DNA of 64,000 nucleotides, taken from an uncultured Oscillospiraceae bacterium. GTDB taxonomy: Bacteria > Bacillota > Clostridia > Christensenellales > CAG-138. The translations under genes and the position numbers were made by a program. Of this stretch, positions 18,515-27,461 are shown one piece after another. The stretch covers positions 1,730-65,729 of the forward strand of contig CAYPKG010000009.1 in assembly GCA_964411275.1 (NCBI GenBank), read 5' to 3'. Under the pieces are notes generated by a model. That model ran no database searches. It was given only the letters and a program-made list of their open reading frames with translations, and was not told the DNA's origin. How positions within the stretch are numbered: the first letter of the stretch is position 1; every line of letters starts with the position of its first letter.

Positions 18515-18651
18515 CTTGTCTCTCTCCTTTTCCTCATCATATGGAGCTGATGTTAAGAGTATAACACAAAAACAGGAAATAAACCGCATGGTTCCTGCGG
18601 CACGAATGTGAACGATTTTGAAAAATCGTTTCCGGTTTTTATAGACGACCC

Positions 18652-18680
18652 TTTACAAGCGCCCTAATTCAGGCTATAAT
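18652..18680 (+). promoter_or_regulatory. sigma-A-type promoter of the ileS T-box leader
   Basis: TTTACA-17 nt-TATAAT. Confidence 0.6.
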
Positions 18681-18686
18681 AACATG

Positions 18687-18947
18687 CAAAAGCGTTGATT
18701 GGGACGAGTAGGGTCAAGAAAACCTTTGAAGCGAGCCGCGGCGGGTGCAAGCGCGGCAGGGAAGCGCGGCCTGAATATCACCCATGAGCGGCTGGGGAAA
18801 CCGGCGAAATCCGGAAGTAATCCAGCACGTGATCCGCACGTTATAGCGGGGCCATGAACATCATGGCGCATAAGAGAGGGCGCATTCGCGCCAACTCGGG
18901 TGGTACCGCGCGGCAATCCGCGTCCCGAACGGGGCGGGGATTTTTTT
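18687..18947 (+). promoter_or_regulatory. T-box riboswitch, Ile specifier (AUC)
   Basis: AGTA and GGGTGCAA Stem I motifs. Specifier context GAAU-AUC-A (AUC at 18777-18779). T-box AACTCGGGTGGTACCGCG (18893-18910, UGGU bulge for an A73 tRNA). Terminator ATCCGCGTCCC/GGGGCGGGGAT followed by T7 (18916-18947). Confidence 0.9.
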
Positions 18948-18985
18948 ATTTGCACGGGCATTAATCGTGGAGGAGTTGAACATAT

Positions 18986-21900
18986 ATGTACAAAAAGGTA
19001 TCCACTTCCCTGGACTTTGTTTCCCGGGAAAAAGAGGTTCTGAAGTTCTGGAAGGAAAGCCGGATCTTTGAAAAAAGCTGCGAGCATCGCAAGGGCGCGG
19101 AGCCCTATACGTTTTTTGACGGGCCGCCAACCGCCAACGGCAAGCCCCACATCGGCCATATCCTAACCCGCTGCATCAAGGACATCATCCCCCGCTACAA
19201 GACCATGAAAGGGTATGACGTGATGCGCAAGGCAGGGTGGGATACCCATGGCCTGCCGGTTGAGCTGGAGGTTGAAAAGCAGTTGGGTCTTGACGGCAAG
19301 GAGCAGATCGAGGCCTATGGCGTGGAACCATTCATCGCCGCCTGCAAAAAATCCGTGTGGAAGTACAAGGCCGAGTGGGAGCAGATGAGCGACCGCGTCG
19401 GCTTCTGGGCGGACATGGAAGACCCGTATATCACCTATGAAAACAACTATATTGAGTCCGAATGGTGGGCGCTCAAAACCATTCATGAAAAGGGCCTGCT
19501 GTACAAGGGCCACAAGGTAGTACCCTACTGCCCCCGCTGCGGGACGGCGCTGTCCTCCCACGAGGTGGCCCAGGGGTATAAGGAATTAAAAGAGGCGTCC
19601 GCTACGGTGCGCTTTCGCTGCACTGACGAGGACGCGTCGTATCTGGCGTGGACCACCACGCCCTGGACGCTGTTGTCCAACGTGGCCCTCTGCGTCCGGG
19701 GGGACGTATGCTATTGCCGGGCGAAAAAGGACGGCGAGGTGTTCATTCTCGCAAAGGAGCTCGTAGGCGACGTGCTGGGAGAGGACGCTGAAATACTCGA
19801 TACATTCGACGGCACGTCACTGGTGGGCCGCAGGTATGAACCACTCTATGACTGCACCGTGAAGGCGGCGGGCAAGCAAAACGCATTCGTTGTCGTCGCC
19901 GACGATTATGTCACCACCACCGACGGCACCGGCATCGTCCACAACGCCGCGGCCTTCGGCGAGGACGACGCCCGGGTGTGCCGGGACAACGGCCTTGCCT
20001 TCGTGCAGCTGGTGGACACAAAGGGCAATCTTTGCGGCGGCACCCACTGGGACGGCCTGTTCGTCAAACAGGCGGATCCGCTGATCATCGCCGACCTCAA
20101 GGAGCAGGGCCTGCTGTTGGACGCGCCGATATTCGAGCACAGCTATCCCCATTGCTGGCGCTGCGACACGCCGCTGATCTATTACGCCCGGGAATCCTGG
20201 TTTATTAAGATGACGGCTGTGAAGGACAATATCCTGGATTTCAACCGCCGTGTGAATTGGATTCCAGAAAATATCAAGGAAGGCCGCATGGGCAATTTCC
20301 TTGAGAACATCATCGACTGGGGCCTGTCCCGGGAGCGCTATTGGGGCACGCCGCTGCCGGTTTGGGTCTGCCAGGACTGCGATGAGGTACATGTGATCGG
20401 TTCCATCAAGGAATTGCAGGAGCTGGGGGAGAACGTCCCGGACGATATCGAGCTGCACAAGCCATTCATCGACCGGGTGGTGGTTCACTGCCCCAAGTGC
20501 AAGGGTACAATGAAGCGGGAGCCCGCGGTCATCGACTGCTGGTTCGACTCGGGCGCCATGCCCTTTGCCCAGTGGCACTATCCATTTGAACACAAAGAGG
20601 AGTTTGAAAAGCGGTATCCCGCCAACTTCATTTCAGAGGCCATCGACCAGACCCGCGGCTGGTTCTATACCCTGCTGGCGATTTCCACCTGCCTGTTCGA
20701 CGATCCGGCGTTCTTAAACTGCATCGTAATGGGCCATGTCCAGGACAAGGACGGCCGCAAGATGAGCAAGCACCTGGGCAACGTGATAGACCCCTGGACG
20801 GTGCTGGACAAACAGGGGGCGGATGCGGTGCGCTGGTATTTCTACACTGGCTCCATGCCCTGGCTGCCCTCGCGCTTCTATGAGGATGCCGTAAACGAAA
20901 GCCAGCGGAAATTTATGGGCACCCTGTGGAACACCTACGCCTTCTATATTCTGTACGCGCAGATCGACGGGTTTGACCCCACGAAGCACAGTCTGATCCG
21001 GGAGAACCTCACGGAAATGGACCGCTGGATTTTATCCCGGTTGAACACCCTGGTGGGCTTTGTGGATGCAAAGCTGGGGGCGCTACACATCACGGAAGCC
21101 GGCCGCGAGCTGCAGCGGTTCGTGGACGATCTGTCCAACTGGTATGTACGCCGCTGCCGGGAGCGGTACTGGGGCAAGGAAATGACCGCCGACAAGGAAG
21201 CGGCGTATATGACCCTATATAGGGTGCTGGAAACCCTAAACAGGCTGAGCGCGCCGTTCATCCCCTTCATGACCGAGGAAATCCACCAGAACCTCGTCAG
21301 AAGCGTGGACGCGGGGGCGCACGAAAGCGTGCATCTGACGGATTTCCCCGCGGCAGACCCGAGCTTTATCGATGCTGAACTGGAAGTGCACATGCAGCGG
21401 GTGCTGAACATCGTGGTGCTGGGCCGCTCCGCCCGCAATGTGGCCAATATCAAAAACCGCCAGCCCATCGGCACCATGTTCGTACAGAGCCAGGCGCTGC
21501 CGGAGGGGTATGTGGCAATCATCGCGGAGGAATTGAACGTCAAGGACGTCCGGTTCGTTGACGACGCCTCTTCCTTCATTTCCTACAAGGCAAAGCCCCA
21601 GCTGAAGACCCTGGGGCCCCGCTACGGCAAGATGCTGCCCAAGATCAACGTCTACCTGCAGAGCGAGGGCGTTGGCAGCCTGGTGGTGGCGGCCCACAAC
21701 GAGGGGCGGAATTTTGAGTTTGAGCTCGAAGGCGTCACCATCTCCCTGGACAAAGACGACGTGCTGATCGAGCCTGTGCAAAAGGCCGGGTTCGTTACCG
21801 TAACCGAGCGGGAACTGTCCGTTGTGCTGGACACCAACCTGACCCCCGATCTCATCGAGGAAGGGTTTGTCCGGGAGCTGACCAGCAAGGTACAGACCAT

Positions 21901-22108
21901 GCGCAAGGAGGCGGGGTTTGAAGTGACGGACCATATCCGGCTCAGCTACGCCGGAAGCCAGAAGATTGAGGACATATTTGTCCGCTTCGGTTCCGCCATC
22001 GCCAAGGACACACTGGCTGAGTCCGTCAGCAACGGCGAGGCAGCCGGGTTTGTCAAGGAATGGGATGTGAACGGCGAAACCGTTGCGCTGGGCGTGGAAA
22101 AGGTATAA
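18986..22108 (+). CDS. ileS: Isoleucine--tRNA ligase
   Basis: 1040 aa; HIGH (PHIGHILT) and KMSKS (KMSKHLGN) motifs. Confidence 0.97.
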   Translation: MYKKVSTSLDFVSREKEVLKFWKESRIFEKSCEHRKGAEPYTFFDGPPTANGKPHIGHILTRCIKDIIPRYKTMKGYDVMRKAGWDTHGLPVELEVEKQLGLDGKEQIEAYGVEPFIAACKKSVWKYKAEWEQMSDRVGFWADMEDPYITYENNYIESEWWALKTIHEKGLLYKGHKVVPYCPRCGTALSSHEVAQGYKELKEASATVRFRCTDEDASYLAWTTTPWTLLSNVALCVRGDVCYCRAKKDGEVFILAKELVGDVLGEDAEILDTFDGTSLVGRRYEPLYDCTVKAAGKQNAFVVVADDYVTTTDGTGIVHNAAAFGEDDARVCRDNGLAFVQLVDTKGNLCGGTHWDGLFVKQADPLIIADLKEQGLLLDAPIFEHSYPHCWRCDTPLIYYARESWFIKMTAVKDNILDFNRRVNWIPENIKEGRMGNFLENIIDWGLSRERYWGTPLPVWVCQDCDEVHVIGSIKELQELGENVPDDIELHKPFIDRVVVHCPKCKGTMKREPAVIDCWFDSGAMPFAQWHYPFEHKEEFEKRYPANFISEAIDQTRGWFYTLLAISTCLFDDPAFLNCIVMGHVQDKDGRKMSKHLGNVIDPWTVLDKQGADAVRWYFYTGSMPWLPSRFYEDAVNESQRKFMGTLWNTYAFYILYAQIDGFDPTKHSLIRENLTEMDRWILSRLNTLVGFVDAKLGALHITEAGRELQRFVDDLSNWYVRRCRERYWGKEMTADKEAAYMTLYRVLETLNRLSAPFIPFMTEEIHQNLVRSVDAGAHESVHLTDFPAADPSFIDAELEVHMQRVLNIVVLGRSARNVANIKNRQPIGTMFVQSQALPEGYVAIIAEELNVKDVRFVDDASSFISYKAKPQLKTLGPRYGKMLPKINVYLQSEGVGSLVVAAHNEGRNFEFELEGVTISLDKDDVLIEPVQKAGFVTVTERELSVVLDTNLTPDLIEEGFVRELTSKVQTMRKEAGFEVTDHIRLSYAGSQKIEDIFVRFGSAIAKDTLAESVSNGEAAGFVKEWDVNGETVALGVEKV

Positions 22109-22120
22109 GGGGCGGATTGT

Positions 22121-22145
22121 TTCCCGGAAAGTCATTTTCCGGGAA
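22121..22145 (+). terminator. Hairpin after ileS (terminator-like, no U-tract)
   Basis: TTCCCGGAAA-GTCAT-TTTCCGGGAA perfect 10-bp stem. Confidence 0.35.
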
Positions 22146-22175
22146 CATCCTCCTGGAAATTAAAGGAGAACGAAC

Positions 22176-23351
22176 ATGGATTACGCGAAGGAAAGCCTCA
22201 GGCTGCACAAGGAATGGAAGGGCAAGATCGAGATTGTGGCTACCGTGCCGGTAACGGGCAAAGAGGATCTGTCCCTTGCCTATACCCCTGGCGTTGCGCA
22301 ACCCTGCCTGGAAATTCAAAAGGATGTGAACAAATCCTACGACCTGACCCGGCGCTGGAACATGTGCCTGGTGGTCACCGACGGCACCTCCGTGCTGGGG
22401 CTGGGCGACATCGGGCCGGAAGCGGGCATGCCTGTCATGGAAGGCAAATGCGTATTGTTCAAGTCCTTTGGGGATGTGGACGCATTCCCCATGTGCATCA
22501 AATCCAAGGACGTGGACGAGATTGTCAACACCATCTATCTCATCTCCGGCTCCTTCGGCGGGGTGAATTTAGAGGACATCTCGGCTCCCCGCTGCTTTGA
22601 AATCGAGAAGAAGCTCAAAGAAAAATGCGACATCCCCATATTCCACGACGACCAGCACGGCACAGCGGTGATCACCCTGGCGGGCCTGGTCAATGCCCTC
22701 AAAATTGTAGGCAAGCGAAAATCTGATGTCAAGGTGGTCATCAACGGCGCGGGGGCGGCCAGCATTTCCATCACGAAGCTGCTGCTGTCCGACGGGTTTA
22801 CGGACGTTACCCTGTGCGACCGGGCAGGCATCCTATACGCCGGCCGGCAGCAGGGCATGAACCCCATCAAGGAGGAGATGGCCGCCATCACCAACAAAGC
22901 GGGGAAAACGGGCACGCTGGCGGACGCCCTCGTTGGGGCGGACGTGTTCATCGGCGTTTCCGCGCCGGGGACGGTCACAACGGACATGGTCAGGACAATG
23001 GCGAAGGACGCGATTATATTCGCCTGCGCCAACCCCACGCCTGAGATATTCCCCGACGAGGCAAAGGCGGGGGGCGCCAAAGTCATCGCCACAGGACGCA
23101 GCGATTTCCCCAACCAGATCAACAATGTGCTGGCGTTTCCCGGGATATTCCGGGGGACATTCGATGTGCGCGCCCGGGATATCAACGACGAGATGAAGAT
23201 CGCGGCGGCCTACGCTCTGGCGGGCCTGATCGGGGAGGACGAATTAACGCCTGAATACATCATCCCCGCCGCGTTCGATCCCCGGGTTGGGAAAGCGGTG
23301 GCTCTGGCAGTAGCTCTGGCCGCCAGGAAATCCGGGGTAGCCAGAATTTGA
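22176..23351 (+). CDS. NAD(P)-dependent malic enzyme (short, about 390-aa type)
   Basis: LSLAYTPGVAQPC, VVTDGTSVLGLGDIG and INGAGAAS Rossmann motifs. Confidence 0.9.
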   Translation: MDYAKESLRLHKEWKGKIEIVATVPVTGKEDLSLAYTPGVAQPCLEIQKDVNKSYDLTRRWNMCLVVTDGTSVLGLGDIGPEAGMPVMEGKCVLFKSFGDVDAFPMCIKSKDVDEIVNTIYLISGSFGGVNLEDISAPRCFEIEKKLKEKCDIPIFHDDQHGTAVITLAGLVNALKIVGKRKSDVKVVINGAGAASISITKLLLSDGFTDVTLCDRAGILYAGRQQGMNPIKEEMAAITNKAGKTGTLADALVGADVFIGVSAPGTVTTDMVRTMAKDAIIFACANPTPEIFPDEAKAGGAKVIATGRSDFPNQINNVLAFPGIFRGTFDVRARDINDEMKIAAAYALAGLIGEDELTPEYIIPAAFDPRVGKAVALAVALAARKSGVARI

Positions 23352-23419
23352 CGGATCATGAAAAAGAACCGGATGCGTTTAAAGTAATGCCCACAAGAAG
23401 GAAGTAATATCATGTTTGC

Positions 23420-23455
23420 AAAACAGCATAGTTTCGGCTATGCTGTTTTGTTTTA
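23420..23455 (+). terminator. Rho-independent terminator of the malic enzyme gene
   Basis: AACAGCATAG/CTATGCTGTT stem followed by a TTTTGTTTT run. Confidence 0.75.
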
Positions 23456-23595
23456 TCTTTTCTTTTAACCGTCTTTGTCCCCGCAGCCGCGCAGCTTCAT
23501 AAATGGCGGGTTTTAATGAAACTATTCATAGGTTGTGGTAAAATATAAATCATAACCTGATCGGCAAACCGGAATTTTATAAGGAGATATATAAT

Positions 23596-24036
23596 ATGCT
23601 TAAGGCGATAAAGCTGATTGGCTTCGGCATTATTCCAATGGTTGTTGGGTTTCTTTTAAATTGGCTCATGATGCTGTTGCCGATCTATGGCATAGTCAGT
23701 ATTTTGTTGGCTGTGGTATTTTTGCTTTTATGGGGGTATTTCGCATTCAAATTATCAAATTCTCGTCAGAATAGCATTCTACAAGCTTTTTTAATGTGCG
23801 CTTTTGGTCTTATTATGCTGGCGCTTGTTCTCTATCAGGAATTGGCTATGGGGCAATATTGGATAAATCTGATGGGATTTGCTACACAGATGTTTTTCCT
23901 TCCCTGCCTCTCGCTTGCATCGTTGGTGGTAAGCCCTTTTATGGATGTTATCAGAGTGTGGCCTATGTATATTGTAATTTGGGCCGCCATGTTCATCGCG
24001 AGCTGCATTGGCGTTTTTGTAAAAGGACGCAGCTGA
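23596..24036 (+). CDS. Hypothetical polytopic membrane protein (low-GC islet)
   Basis: 146 aa, 4-5 predicted TM helices, AAGGAG RBS, about 37% GC. No family recognised. Confidence 0.6.
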   Translation: MLKAIKLIGFGIIPMVVGFLLNWLMMLLPIYGIVSILLAVVFLLLWGYFAFKLSNSRQNSILQAFLMCAFGLIMLALVLYQELAMGQYWINLMGFATQMFFLPCLSLASLVVSPFMDVIRVWPMYIVIWAAMFIASCIGVFVKGRS

Positions 24037-24161
24037 CTTCCCATTTGTCGGGAAAGTTGGATAGAGAGAAAAATAGAATTTATGGAGGTAAAAAGTGAAG
24101 CTTTGCATTGTAGTAACCGATATAGTCGCATAATAACAATTAATATATGGAGGATTGTGAA

Positions 24162-24785
24162 ATGACTATATCGGAAATATATCCCCGGACCGGTGATACT
24201 CAAACGGTTTATTTGAAAAATGTAATTACGGATACCAGCATTACGATTGGCGATTATACAATGTATAACGATTTTGTTCATGACCCACGGGATTTTGAAA
24301 AAAATAATGTGCGGTATCAGTACCCAATTAACGCAAACCAATTGAAAATCGGTAAGTTCTGCTCCATTGCCTGTGGAGCAAAATTCCTGTTCACCAGTGC
24401 CAATCATACAATGCGTTCCCTTTCAACGTATCCATTTCCAATATTTTTTGAAGAATGGGGATTGGACGCGAATAATATCACAAATGCATGGGACAACAAA
24501 GGTGATATTATAATCGGCAATGATGTTTGGATTGGCTTCGAGGCTGTTATTTTGTCGGGCATTACGATTGGCGATGGAGCCATCATTGGCACACGGGCAG
24601 TTGTCACAAAAGATGTGCCGCCCTATACGATTGTAGGAGGCGTCCCTGCCAAACCAATAAGAAAGCGATTTTCGGACGATGTGATTTCTCAATTGTTGAA
24701 ACTGCAATGGTGGAACTGGTCTGAAAACAAATTGAAACAAAACATTGAGGCTATACAATCAGGCCGAATTGAAGATTTAAAATAA
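24162..24785 (+). CDS. vat: Vat-family streptogramin A O-acetyltransferase (xenobiotic hexapeptide acyltransferase)
   Basis: Colinear with VatD/SatA: LKIGKFCSIA, SANHTMRSLSTYPF (catalytic His), GDIIIGNDVWIG, ITIGDGAIIG, GGVPAKPIRKRF, LLKLQWWNW. GGAGGA RBS 7 nt before the ATG at 24162. Confidence 0.88.
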   Translation: MTISEIYPRTGDTQTVYLKNVITDTSITIGDYTMYNDFVHDPRDFEKNNVRYQYPINANQLKIGKFCSIACGAKFLFTSANHTMRSLSTYPFPIFFEEWGLDANNITNAWDNKGDIIIGNDVWIGFEAVILSGITIGDGAIIGTRAVVTKDVPPYTIVGGVPAKPIRKRFSDDVISQLLKLQWWNWSENKLKQNIEAIQSGRIEDLK

Positions 24786-24790
24786 TTTAA

Positions 24791-24826
24791 TTGTGTGGGG
24801 AGAAATTCCCCACACAACTTTATATT
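24791..24826 (+). terminator. Rho-independent terminator of vat
   Basis: TTGTGTGGGGA/TCCCCACACAA 11-bp stem followed by a T-rich tail. Confidence 0.7.
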
Positions 24827-24890
24827 TGCTGGTAGATTAATGCTCAATGGGTTTTTGCCCTGAGCAGCCGTTCTTTTCATTCAGCTTCGG

Positions 24891-25244
24891 CTATTTGCTG
24901 ACGCTTAAATAAAGGATGGATGCGGCCACGCTGAGCATCACGCTCCAGTTAATGCCGCGCATAAAAAAATAGCAAATGGTCAGCGCCAGGCTCAGTCCCA
25001 CCATCACATAACCAATTCTTTTCCATTTTGCCTGGGCCTTGCCTGTCAGAACCAGGATGCCGCCCAAGGCCATGGTAGCGCCGAGCAAAACCAGCAGAAC
25101 GGCCAGCCAAAACATCAAAAAGCGGTCTGTTCCCGCCAGTATCATGATCACGCCGCTGATGAAATTGAACACGCCAAACGCCAGCGTGAATACAGCGCCC
25201 AGCGTGCGGGGCATGTTTTGTGAAGCTTTCGTGCTATTTCCCAT
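24891..25244 (-). CDS. Hypothetical small membrane protein
   Basis: 117 aa, 4 predicted TM helices. No family recognised. Confidence 0.5.
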   Translation of the reverse strand: MGNSTKASQNMPRTLGAVFTLAFGVFNFISGVIMILAGTDRFLMFWLAVLLVLLGATMALGGILVLTGKAQAKWKRIGYVMVGLSLALTICYFFMRGINWSVMLSVAASILYLSVSK

Positions 25245-25387
25245 ACGCGCCGCCTTTCTTTTTATGAAAATTTTCTTTTAGTAATCCGGACCCAGTTTTT
25301 ACATCATATTATTACTATATCATAATTTCAGTTTTGTGAGTAGCCCAGTTTTTTCTTTGCGCCTGCATACTAAACCGGACTCCGGGT

Positions 25388-25425
25388 ATACAAGAGGGGC
25401 CGCCACAGTTGTCCGCGGCGGCCCC
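25388..25425 (-). terminator. Hairpin downstream of the V-ATPase operon
   Basis: GGGGCCGCC/GGCGGCCCC stem; weak U-tract. Confidence 0.4.
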
Positions 25426-25445
25426 TGCCTATAATGACATGTCGC

Positions 25446-26078
25446 TTACTTCTTTTCCGCAAGCATTTCTTTGGTTTTCATGAGCCGGCTCAGGTTCCCG
25501 CGCTCGTTCTCATCCAGTTTCATTTTGATCTGCCGGATGGCTTCGGTAAACTGCGGGATCATGACGTACTCCAGGGCGTTCACCCTGCGGCGGGTCTTTT
25601 CGATCTCGTCCGCCAGCCTGTTACAGGTCTTTTCCACCTCCGCCAGCTCCAACAACAACGGCAGCAGCTCCGAGAGCGCCTGCACCGCGCCGTCCAGCTC
25701 CGCGCTGGTGGTGGCAAAGCCGTATGGATACGTGAAATTGCCGTCGCTTTGCGCAAGGGTCAGTTTCGGCACGGCGATGGAAAGCACGTTCATCATGCTG
25801 ACGGTGACGTTGGCCGGCCGCGCCGGATACAGTAAAGCTTCCTCTACCGCCTCGTTGCCCATGGACGCCCGGGCCAGCACAAAGCCCTTCATGGCTTCGG
25901 ATAATTTTTGTTCCACTTCCTCGCGCAGCACCTTGTTGCGCCGCACGAATATGATGAACCGGCGGACCATTTCGTCCCGCTTATCCTTCATCATTTTATG
26001 GCCGCGCACGGCGGTGACCCTCCGCTTTTTCAGGTTGGAGAGCTCCATGCGCGTGGGTTTATACTGCAAAGCCGCCAT
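25446..26078 (-). CDS. ntpD: V/A-type ATP synthase subunit D
   Basis: 210 aa, coiled-coil central-stalk pattern (PTRMELSNLKKR...), last gene of the operon. Confidence 0.9.
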   Translation of the reverse strand: MAALQYKPTRMELSNLKKRRVTAVRGHKMMKDKRDEMVRRFIIFVRRNKVLREEVEQKLSEAMKGFVLARASMGNEAVEEALLYPARPANVTVSMMNVLSIAVPKLTLAQSDGNFTYPYGFATTSAELDGAVQALSELLPLLLELAEVEKTCNRLADEIEKTRRRVNALEYVMIPQFTEAIRQIKMKLDENERGNLSRLMKTKEMLAEKK

Positions 26079-26081
26079 TCG

Positions 26082-27461
26082 TTATCCCTCCTCTTGGGGG
26101 AGATATTTATCAAGGTATGCGTCGCGGATACGCTTCAATTCCGTCCTGGGCAGGATCGACAACAGCTTCCAGCCGATTTCAAGGGTCTCCTCGATGGAGC
26201 GGTTCGTGTAATACCCCTGGGATACATACTCCGCCTCAAACGCGTCGGAGAACTCGGCGTACAGCTTGTCGGTGTCGGACAAAGCCGCGTCACCCAGAAT
26301 GACCGCCAGCTCTTTCGCGTCCTTTCCACGGGAATACGCCGCGAAAAGCTGGTTCATGGTGTCGGCGTGATCCTCCCGGGTCTTGCCCTTGCCGATACCC
26401 TTGTCCTTGAGACGGGACAGGGAGGGAAGCACGTTGATCGGCGGGGTGAGGCCCCTGCGGTAAAGGTCACGGGACAGTATGATCTGGCCCTCGGTGATGT
26501 ACCCGGTCAGGTCGGGGATCGGGTGGGTCACGTCGTCCTCGGGCATGGACAGGATGGGGATCATCGTGATGGAACCCGCGTTTTCCTTGATACGGCCCGC
26601 GCGCTCATACATGGTCGCAAGGTCGGTATACAAATAGCCCGGGTAACCACGGCGGCCCGGCACTTCCTTGCGCGCGGCGGACACCTCGCGCAGCGCCTCG
26701 GCGTAGTTGGTGATGTCCGTCATGATGACCAGCACGTGCATCCCCAGGTCATACGCCAAATACTCGGCGGCGGTGATGGCCATACGGGGGGTGGCGATAC
26801 GCTCGATTGCCGGGTCGTTCGCCAGGTTGATGAACGTCACCGTCCTGTCGATGGCGCCGGTTTTCTGGAAATCCGTGGTAAAGAAGTCCGCTTCCTCAAA
26901 CGTGATGCCCACCGCGGCGAACACCACGGCGAAGCTCTCGTCGGTGCCAAGCACCCGGGCCTGACGGGCGATCTGCGCAGCCAGGTTGGCGTGGGGCAGA
27001 CCGGAGCCGGAGAACACCGGCAGCTTCTGTCCGCGCACCAGGGTGTTGAGCCCGTCGATAGCGGAAATACCGGTCTGGATAAACTCCGACGGGTAGTCAC
27101 GGGCGGCGGGGTTCATGGGCGCGCCGTTGATGTCCAGGCGTTTTTCCGGGATGAGGGCGGGCCCGCCGTCCTTGGGGCGGCCCATGCCATCGAACACGCG
27201 GCCCAGCATATCCGGGGCCACGTCCAGCTCGATGGAGCGGCCCAGGAACCGCGCCTTGGAGTTGCTGATCCTAAGACCCTGGGAGCCTTCAAACAGCTGC
27301 AGCAGCGCCTTGTCGTCCTCGACCTCCAGCACACGGCCACGGCGCATTTCGCCGTTTGCCTGCTCGATCTCCACCAATTCGTCATATTTGACGCCTGCGA
27401 CGTCTTCCACCATCATCAGCGGACCTACGACCTCGCGGATTGTCCGGTATTCCTTACGCAT
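26082..27461 (-). CDS. ntpB: V/A-type ATP synthase subunit B
   Basis: Typical B-subunit sequence ([17 protein letters not shown]...). ATG at 27461 sits 8 nt after GGAGG. Confidence 0.95.
   Translation of the reverse strand: MRKEYRTIREVVGPLMMVEDVAGVKYDELVEIEQANGEMRRGRVLEVEDDKALLQLFEGSQGLRISNSKARFLGRSIELDVAPDMLGRVFDGMGRPKDGGPALIPEKRLDINGAPMNPAARDYPSEFIQTGISAIDGLNTLVRGQKLPVFSGSGLPHANLAAQIARQARVLGTDESFAVVFAAVGITFEEADFFTTDFQKTGAIDRTVTFINLANDPAIERIATPRMAITAAEYLAYDLGMHVLVIMTDITNYAEALREVSAARKEVPGRRGYPGYLYTDLATMYERAGRIKENAGSITMIPILSMPEDDVTHPIPDLTGYITEGQIILSRDLYRRGLTPPINVLPSLSRLKDKGIGKGKTREDHADTMNQLFAAYSRGKDAKELAVILGDAALSDTDKLYAEFSDAFEAEYVSQGYYTNRSIEETLEIGWKLLSILPRTELKRIRDAYLDKYLPQEEG

Noticed and set aside
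18773-18780. Reading the ileS T-box specifier as UAU (Tyr) directly after GAA
   Set aside because: UAU would be followed by a pyrimidine, which violates the conserved purine after the codon. AUC followed by A fits the rule, and it matches the downstream ileS and the UGGU (A73) bulge.
23352-25445. Mobile-element boundaries for the low-GC islet
   Set aside because: No integrase, transposase or recombinase ORF was found, nor a tRNA target, terminal inverted repeats or flanking direct repeats. It is therefore reported only as a compositional islet, not as a mobile element.
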